DNA of 64,000 nucleotides, from contig OZ024762.1 in assembly GCA_964016885.1 (NCBI GenBank), forward strand, positions 17,732,001-17,796,000. Direction: 5' to 3'. Numbering within the stretch: position 1 is the stretch's first letter; every line of letters starts with the position of its first letter. Shown one piece after another: positions 55,941-64,000 of this stretch. This DNA is from Eledone cirrhosa. Its lineage: Eukaryota. The position numbers and the translations under genes were made by a program. Under the pieces are notes generated by a model. It ran no database searches. It was not told the DNA's origin and saw only the letters and a program-made list of their open reading frames with translations.

Positions 55941-56649
55941 GAGGCTGGTGTGATTGTGTGTGTGCCTGCGAATGTGTGTGTATGTGTGTGCCAGTAAATG
56001 TGTGTGTCTGCGTGTGTGTGTTTTTGTGTATACGTTAAGTGTTGTTTGTGTGTGTGTGTGTGTGTCTCTCTCTCTGTTTTGTGTCTGTGAGTGTGTGGGG
56101 GGCGTATGTGTGCGTGGGGGCATGTGTGTGTGGGGGGGGGAGGCGTATGTGTGTGTGTCTCTGTACATATGAGCAGTGTGTGTGCTGGGGAAGGAGGTAT
56201 GTGCGTGGGTGTGTGTGTGTACGTTATGGCTAGTGTGTGTGTGTGCATGTTTGTATATGTGGCAATACGTTATAGTTAATATGTGTGTAAGTGTGTGTGT
56301 ATGTGTGTAAGTGTGTGTAGGTGTTGGTGGTGGTGTCGGTGGTGGTGTTGGTGGTGGTGGTGTTGGTGTCGGTTTTGGTGGGGGTGTTGGTGGTGGTGTT
56401 GGTGTCGGTTTTGGTGGGGGTGTTGGTTTTGCTTTTGGTTGGGGTGATGGTGGTGATGTTGGGGTGTTGTTGGTGGTGGTGTTGGGGTGTTGTTGGTGGT
56501 AGTGTTGGGGTGTTGTTGGTGGTGGTGTTGGGGTGTTGTTGATGGTGGTGTTGGTGGTGGTGTTGGTGGTGTTGTTGGTGGTGTTGGTGTTGTTGTTGGT
56601 GGTGTTGGAGGTGTTGTTGGTGTTGGTGTTGTTGGTGGTGTTGTTGGTA

Positions 56650-58563
56650 CCGTGTTTCCCCCATTATAAGCCACCCCCGAAAATAAGCCGTAGCACTATA
56701 TTTCAGGATGGATTTAATATAAGCCATGCCCCGAAAATAAGCCTTAGCAAAAATGAACGCCAAAAGAAAGAAATAGCCAGCTATGAAAATTGGCGCAATC
56801 AGCCATTATAGAACAGGATTGTATCTTAATGTAAAACTAACTGATAAGCGGGTGTATAAGAAGTTTGTGGAATGCGCGGAAATGAAAATATCGATAATGA
56901 AATTAACGAAAGGAAAGAGGGAAGTACGAGCAATCAATATTGTTTATGCAAATGCAGGTACAAACCAGAAGTAATGGCTTATCAGTAACTTCAGGGGAGA
57001 AGATCATTTTCAGCCCTAGACAAGATGAAAGGAAGGAAGAGTTATACAGTCGAGTACAAGAAAAGAATTGTGGAGGATTCACTGTGCAAGAATCTTACTA
57101 TTTTCTGCAAAGAAAAGAATCTGGATCTCCGAATGGTTCAAAGATGGAGAATCGACTACGATAAACTCAGTCAGTTGGACGAGGGAAATGCAAAGAAACG
57201 TAAGCGTGGATCTGGTCGACAACCGATATTTCTTGAGCTGGAAGACGCCATCTGTGAATGGATTGCTGAAAGAAGAGCCAGAGCTTTGGTTGTTAACAGG
57301 GCTGATATTCAAACATTTGCCCTTACAAATGCACTAGAGATTGGTATAGTTCCAGAAGAATTCAAAGCATCCAAACACTGGCTGGATAATTTCCTTCTGC
57401 GACACGAATTTTCTCTGAGTAGATCGACAACACTGTTCAAACTGGACGATACTGAGATTATTAAACGTGCCCTCGCATTTAAGTCTTATGTTGATAGAAT
57501 AGACTTTTCTAACTACCGTCTCTCCAACATGATTGCTATGGATGAAACAGCAGTATTCATGGGTCAAAGCTCTCAATCTACAATTGATCAAAGGGGTGCG
57601 ACGTTGATTTACATTCCATCCACTGGTTACGAAAGTGCACGAGTTACGTGTATCTTGGCAATTCGTCTCGACGGAAGCAAAGCCCCACCTCTTATCATCA
57701 CTATAGGCAAGAAAGATAAAATTGAACGCGTTTCAGGTTCTGGAAACTGAAAAGGCGTGGTGCACACAGGCAGTTTTAAGGAAGTGGGTCGATTTCATGC
57801 TGCCATTGATTTTGCGTGGAACCCAAAGAGGTCTCATAGTCTGGGATTCAGCCAGCACGCACCGCGCCAAAGATATGAAGAACTTTCTTGCAGAAAGAAG
57901 AATCGATCAAATCATGATTCCCGCAGGAATGACCGCCTATCTCCAGACCCTTGACATCGCACTGAATAAACCATTCAAGGACCATCTGCGCATGCAAATA
58001 AATGACTACATCGAAAACAGAATGGCGAGAAATGAGCGGGGAAATTTCGTGAAGCCCAGCCTTCAAGAGATCGTGACTTAAGTGGGAAATTCATGGAACA
58101 AAATCACAGATAGCTGTGTGATGAATGCACTACGAGCATGCTATCTGGATAAGAACTCTCCATTCAATTCGGCCTCTATCGCTTAACATGAAAGGTAATT
58201 GAGTCACAAGAAAATTCCACAGGTACCATTGAATCCACTGATTTGGAAAACAATGACATTCCAGAGCAGGATGACATAATTATTTTTGATGACATAATTA
58301 TTTTTGAATAGTTCATTATTTCGCTCATGAGTTTTTGAATTAAATGGCGTGTTAATTTTTAATAAATTTGATCTTTCAAGTAAACGTTGCGCGTAAATGC
58401 CGATTGTTTTTTCGTAATTTCCAATCATTTAGTGAATTTGTAATTTTCAGTTTCGTAGTGTCGTCTTTTCGGTATTTGAACCCCTCCTCCGAAAATAAGC
58501 CGTAGTGGTACATTTCGGAGTAAAAATTAATATAAGCCATGGCTTATAATCGGGGAAACACGG
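56650..58563 (+). mobile_element. pogo-family DNA transposon (DD35D), full length 1914 bp
   Basis: 24-bp TIRs ccgtgtttcccc(c/g)attataagcca with 1 mismatch. TA TSDs at 56648-56649 and 58564-58565. Subterminal ccgaaaataagcc repeats. Confidence 0.95.
57025..58187 (+). pseudogene. pogo transposase (Brinker-like HTH, CENP-B HTH, DDE) with frameshift ~57738 and premature stop 58079-58081
   Basis: RKSYTVEYK..., GSGRQP..ELEDAICEWI, FKASKHWLDNF, IAMDET, LIVWDSASTH, LQTLDIALNKPFK. There are 35 residues between the second and third D. Confidence 0.92.
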
Positions 58564-59329
58564 TAGTGGTGTTGGTGGTGTTGGTGGTGTTGGTGGTGTT
58601 GGGGGTGTTGTTGGTGGTGGTGTTGGTGTTCTTGTTGGTGTTGTTGATGGTGATGTCGGTGGTGTTGTTGGTAGTGGTGTTGGTGGTGTTGATAGTGGTG
58701 TTGGTGCTGTTGTTGGTAGTGTTGTTGGTGGTGATGTTGGTGGTGTTGTTGGCGGTGTTAGTAGTGCTGTTGTAGTGGTGTTGGTGGTGATGTTGTTGGT
58801 AGTGATGTTGGTGGTGTTGTTGGTAGCGGTGTTGGTGGTGTTGGTAGCAGTGTTAGTAGTGATGTTGGTGTTGTTGGTGTTGGTGTTGTTGGTGGTGTTG
58901 GTGATGATGTTGGTAGCGGTGTTGGGGGTGATGTAGGTAGTGGTGTTGGTGGTGTTGTTGGTAGTGGTGTTGGTGGTATTGATGGAGTCGACTGGAAAAA
59001 TTTAGAGAATTTACTACTTCCTTTCTCCCCTCCAGCCCCAACCCCCTTTCAAGTATAATTGCCCCCCCTCCACCCCCCAGACACCACAATCCTCCTTCCC
59101 CTCCACCCCGGACACCACATGTCACCCCCTTCTCCGCCAGGACACCATCCCTCCACCCAAACACCACACACCTCCACATATATATATATATATGTATATA
59201 TATGTATATATATATGTATATATATACATATACATATATATATACATACATCTATATATATACATATATATATATATACATATATATATATACATATACA
59301 TATATATATACATACATCTATATATATAC

Positions 59330-59363
<34 letters not shown>

Positions 59364-59440
59364 ATATACATATACATATATATATACATACATCTATATA
59401 TATATATATACATACATCTATATATATATATATATGTGTG

Positions 59441-59554
<114 letters not shown>

Positions 59555-59593
59555 TACACACACACATATATATACACACACACACACACACAT

Positions 59594-59634
<41 letters not shown>

Positions 59635-59974
59635 TATAAATAGACTATACAGTCAATAACCGAAACGTTTCTATGTTGTTTCTTGTATTGTGCTGAGGCA
59701 GGAGAAAATATTTATAACATTCTGTTGTGTAATCAGCTTCCGGCAAAGGAGAAAAACGTTTGCTAAAATATTTTTTTGGTGGCCATTTTGTTTTTCTTGT
59801 CTTTTGTATTCTGCTTGTTTCTTGTGTGTTAAATATGGCGTTAATCTCCCCATAATCGCCAGAAGGAATCAATTCGGACTGGATGTTGATTCTGCCCTTT
59901 TTTATTTTTAAAAGATTTAGTTGAGAAACAAGGCTATTTAGGACAAAGGGATTGTGTATTATTACAGAAATATA

Positions 59975-60085
59975 CGGTCCTTGCCATTCTGAGTTCAAAT
60001 CCCGCCGAGGTTTACTTTGCCTTTCATCCTTCCGGGGTCGATAAAATAAAGTACCAGTAATGTGCCAAAAGTAGAAACAATTATT
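59975..60085 (+). mobile_element. SINE S1 fragment
   Basis: ctgagttcaaatcccgccgagg...aaagtaccagta. Confidence 0.8.
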
Positions 60086-60174
60086 ACAGAAATATACAGG
60101 GCGCTGAATTGGCCGAATCTTTAGAGTATTATTCAAATCGCTTTATAGCTTTTGTTATAGCCTTTTATGTTCTG

Positions 60175-60264
60175 AAGGTGGATGGCTTAATGGTTAGAGC
60201 GTTGGTCTTGTAATTGAGAGGTTGTGATTTCGATTCTCAGACCGGGCTTTACGTTGTGTTCTTT
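60175..60264 (+). mobile_element. SINE S2 tRNA-like head
   Basis: tggcttaatgg A-box, gatttcgattct B-box-like, gttgtgttctt. Homologous to 32594-32716. Confidence 0.65.
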
Positions 60265-60983
60265 GTTGCAGTAGGAGATAAGAGAGAGTTGTAGTAGGAG
60301 ATAAGAGAGAGTTGTAGTAGGGGATAAGAGAGAGTTGCAGTAGCAGATAAGAGAGAGTTGCAGTAGGAGATAAGAGAGAGTTGCAGTAGGAGATAAGAGA
60401 GAGTTGCAGTAGGAGATAAGAGAGAGTTGCAGTAGGAGATAAGAGAGAGTTGTAGTAGGAGATAAGAGAGAGAGAGTTGCAGTAGGAGATAAGAGAGAGT
60501 TGCAGTAGGAGAGAAGAGAGAGTTGCAGTAGGAGATAAGAGAGAGTTGTAGTAGGAGATAAGAGAGAGAGTTACAGTAGGAGATAAGAGAGAGTTGCAGT
60601 AGGAGATAAGAGAGAGTTGTAGTAGGAGATAAGAGAGAGAGTTGCAGTAGGAGATAAGAGAGAGTTGCAGTAGGAGAGAAGAGAGAGTTGCAGTAGGAGA
60701 TAAGAGAGAGTTGACGTAGGAGATAAGAGAGAGTTGACGTAGGAGATAAGAGAGAGAGTTACAGTAGGAGATAAGAGAGAGTTGCAGTAGGAGATAAGAG
60801 AGAGTTGAAGTAGGAGATAAGAGAGAGTTGCAGTAGGAGATAAGAGAGAGTTGTAGTAGGACATAAGAGAGAGTTGCAGTAGGAGGTAAGAGAGAGTTGC
60901 AGTAGGAGATAAGAGAGAGTTGTAGTAGGAGATAAGAGAGAGTTGTAGTAGGAGATAAGAGAGAGTTGCAGTAGGAGGTAAGA
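60265..60983 (+). repeat. 23-bp minisatellite (gttgcagtaggagataagagaga), ~31 copies
   Basis: gtaggag at 60271 and 60294 gives the period. Confidence 0.95.
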
Positions 60984-61161
60984 GGCTGTTGAGAGACATG
61001 GCCTGCTGTTGCTGATTTAATCTTTGTCAATCAGCTGGCAGATTCTCTCTTTTCGATGTAACATAGGATACTAGTGTGTGTGTGTAGGATACTAGTGTGT
61101 GTGTGTAGGATACTAGTGTGTGTGTGTGTGTGCGTGTGTGTGTGCGTGTGTGTGTGTGTGC

Positions 61162-61192
<31 letters not shown>

Positions 61193-61293
61193 AGTGAGTT
61201 TTCTGCGGGACATATATTCTAAAGAATAGTATTTTTAACGGTTTTGAAACCTATTTTGAAACCTATGAATAGGTTTCTCTCCTATACACACAC

Positions 61294-61329
<36 letters not shown>

Positions 61330-62099
61330 ATGTGTGTGTGTGTGTATGTGTGTGTGTGTCTGTTTATATGCAAATACGCAGAGAGAGGGGAGAGAGATGA
61401 GAGTGAGAGAGAAGGGGGAGAGAGAGCACGATAGGAGAGAGATGAAAAAAATAAATGTCGGTGAATATGTGAGGGAACGTCACCATAGCCACTGATATCA
61501 ACGTCATCACCTCCATCCTACCTGACAACAACGTCACTGCCACCACCACCACCACCACCACCACTAACAACAACAACAGCAACCACATCACCACCACCAC
61601 CACCACTAACAACAACAACAGCAACCACACCACCACCAACAAAAACAACAACACCACCACCACCACCACTAACAACAACAACCACACCGCCACCACCACC
61701 ACCACCAACAACACCACCACCAACATCACCACTAACAACAACAACAACAACCACACCACCACCACCAACAACAACAACACCACCAACACCACCACCAACA
61801 CCACCACCATTAACAACAACAGCAACCACACCACCACCAACAACAACACCACCACCACCACCACCACCACCACCACCACCACCACCACCACTAACAACAA
61901 CAACCACACCACCACCACAAATTCAACACCACCAACACCACCACCAACAACAACAACCACACCACCACCACCAACAACAACCACACCACCACCACCACCA
62001 ACAACACCACCACCACTACCACCACCACAGACCTCCAATACAAACCCACACCCAATGTAAACCTCTAATTGCGTTCCTTCTTACCACAAGAAAGACATC

Positions 62100-62740
62100 T
62101 TTGGGGTAAGTGTCGGGTTAGGGTAGGTTGGTGAGAGGCTTGGATGGGTTGAGGGGGTGGGTTGTTTGTGGGGGTGGGGGTTGGTGTAGGTGGGCTGGTA
62201 GAGGAAAGGTGTGGGTTGGTTGGGTTGCTTGGCTGGTGTGAAGGTGATCTTGGATAGCTGGGGAAGTCGAGTGGTGGGTAGGATGGTTTTAGGAAGGGTG
62301 TGCTGTGTTAGGTGGGTAGGGAGAGTTTTAGGAAGGGATAAGAGTGGTTTTAGGGTGGGTGGGATGTGTTAGGTGGGTAGGGTGGGGTTAGTGTGGGTAG
62401 ACTGTGTTAGGTGGGTAGGGTGGGTTTAAGGAGCGGATGAGGGCGGGTGGAGTGTGTTAGGTAGGTAGGGTGGGTTTAGGGTGGGATTAGAGTGGGTGGG
62501 GTGTGTTAGGTGGGTAGGGTGGGTTTAGGGCATGTGGGGTGTGTTAGGTAGGTAGGGTGGGATTAGAGTGGGTGGACTGTGTTAGGTGGGTAGGGTGAGA
62601 TAAGAGTGGGTGGGATGTGTTAGGTGTGTTGGGTGGGTTTAAGGAGCGGATGAGAGTGGTTGGGGTGTGTTAGGTGGGTAGGGTGGGTTTATGGTGGGCG
62701 GGAGTGTTAGGTGGGTTTAGGGTGGGTTTAGGGTGGGTTG
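62100..62740 (+). repeat. G-rich degenerate repeat (ttaggtgggtagggtggg)
   Basis: Dense GGG runs with occasional TTAGGG. Confidence 0.85.
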
Positions 62741-63094
62741 TTTCTTTTGCATTTAAACATCTGATTACATGCTTGGCAGTTTTCACAAAGGATGATGGAT
62801 TACATCGGGTAAAATGGAGGGGTGGAGAAATATTTAACTTCACCACTGACATCACCACAAACAACAAACACCATCACCACCACCACCGACACCATCAGCA
62901 TCACCAGGACCACCCTACTCCCACCACCACCATCAACATTAACACTACACGACCCAGCACCATCACAAACGTCACCAATGTCACCAACACCACTAATAAC
63001 ATCTATCTATCTATCATATCTATCTGTTTGTCTACACTCACTCTCTCTCTCTCTTTATATATATATAAACATAAACAAATAAATAAATATATAA

Positions 63095-63395
63095 ACAGAC
63101 TAAATGAAGATGGCGTAAACATACGATGCAACGGGAGGAAACAATAGCACCACTGACGATGTTGCAGATGTGCAACGAAAGAACTTTGATAGACTATATA
63201 TATGTGTTTGTGTCTATATTGTATCTGTATTTTTGACCGTTGGTCAGTCAATGGCAATATTGAGGACCGAATAAATTAAATTAACCGATATAAAAGACAC
63301 AGAAACGAAAAGCGAAAACCAACCAAACAGTGAGTGTGTTCTGTTATTAATTCTGGCAATATTACACATATGACCCTCCCCAAGTATAACAATAT
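63095..63395 (+). mobile_element. Family E repeat
   Basis: aagatggcgta...ccactgacgatgttgcagatgtgcaacgaaa...atgaccctccccaagtataacaat. Confidence 0.85.
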
Positions 63396-63609
63396 ATATA
63401 TATAATTGTTTCTACTTATGGCACAAGGCCAGCAATTATCCCATATATATATAGTGCAAATTTGGACGGGAATGAAACAGAGAGGCAGACAAATAAAGGT
63501 TTATTAGGTTCACGCTCTTGAGAGTGGGGGCGAAATTTAAAGTAGAGACAAATACATTGATGACTTAAGGAAAAATGTAAGAAAAGGTACAAAGGAATAA
63601 GGATGAACG

Positions 63610-64000
63610 GAAAAAAGGAATTATAAAGAAAATAAAGGAAAGAATATATATAAAGGAAAAAAGGAATTATAAAGAAAATAAAGGAAAGAATATGTATAAA
63701 GGAAAAAAGGAATTATAAAGAAAATAAAGGAAAGAATATATATAAAGGAGAAAAGGAATCATAAAGAAAATAAAGGAAAGAATATATATAAAGGAAAAAA
63801 GGAATTATAAAGAAAATAAAGGAAAGAATATGTATAAAGGAGAAAAGGAATTATAAAGAAAATAAAGGAAAGAATATATATAAAGGAGAAAAGGAATTAT
63901 AAAGAAAATAAAGGAAAGAATATATATAAAGGAGAAAAGGAATTATAAAGAAAATAAAGGAAAGAATATATATAAAGGAGAAAAGGAATTATAAAGAAAA
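63610..64000 (+). repeat. ~46-bp purine-rich minisatellite (aaaaggaattataaagaaaataaaggaaagaatatatataaaggag)
   Basis: Tandem repetition continuing to the window end. Confidence 0.93.

Noticed and set aside
62100-62740. Interstitial telomere
   Set aside because: There is no run of tandem TTAGGG, only isolated hexamers in a degenerate G-rich repeat.

Overview
This is a repeat-saturated, AT-rich animal genomic window. The SINE and MITE families look cephalopod (Octopus-like), which is an inference from recalled repeat motifs. I found no host protein-coding gene I can support, and almost all six-frame ORFs are translations of microsatellites. The real coding remnants all come from transposons: a decayed Neptune-type Penelope-like element (PLE; RT plus C-terminal GIY-YIG) at about 3.0-5.25 kb, two more PLE fragments, two RTE LINE 3' fragments, an R4/Dong-like restriction-like-endonuclease fragment, and a near-complete DD35D pogo transposon at 56650-58563. 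The most notable hidden structure is a dense set of minimal type-I hammerhead ribozyme (HHR) motifs. About 10 sequence families lie in short PLE pseudo-LTR-like modules, mostly within (TA)n tracts. Many modules are fold-back (inverted) structures whose symmetry axis lies on or beside the ribozyme, including a perfect 108-bp-arm palindrome with an HHR on each strand. A second theme is minisatellites built from DNA-transposon ends: hAT (27 bp), piggyBac-like (46 bp) and mariner (25/50 bp).
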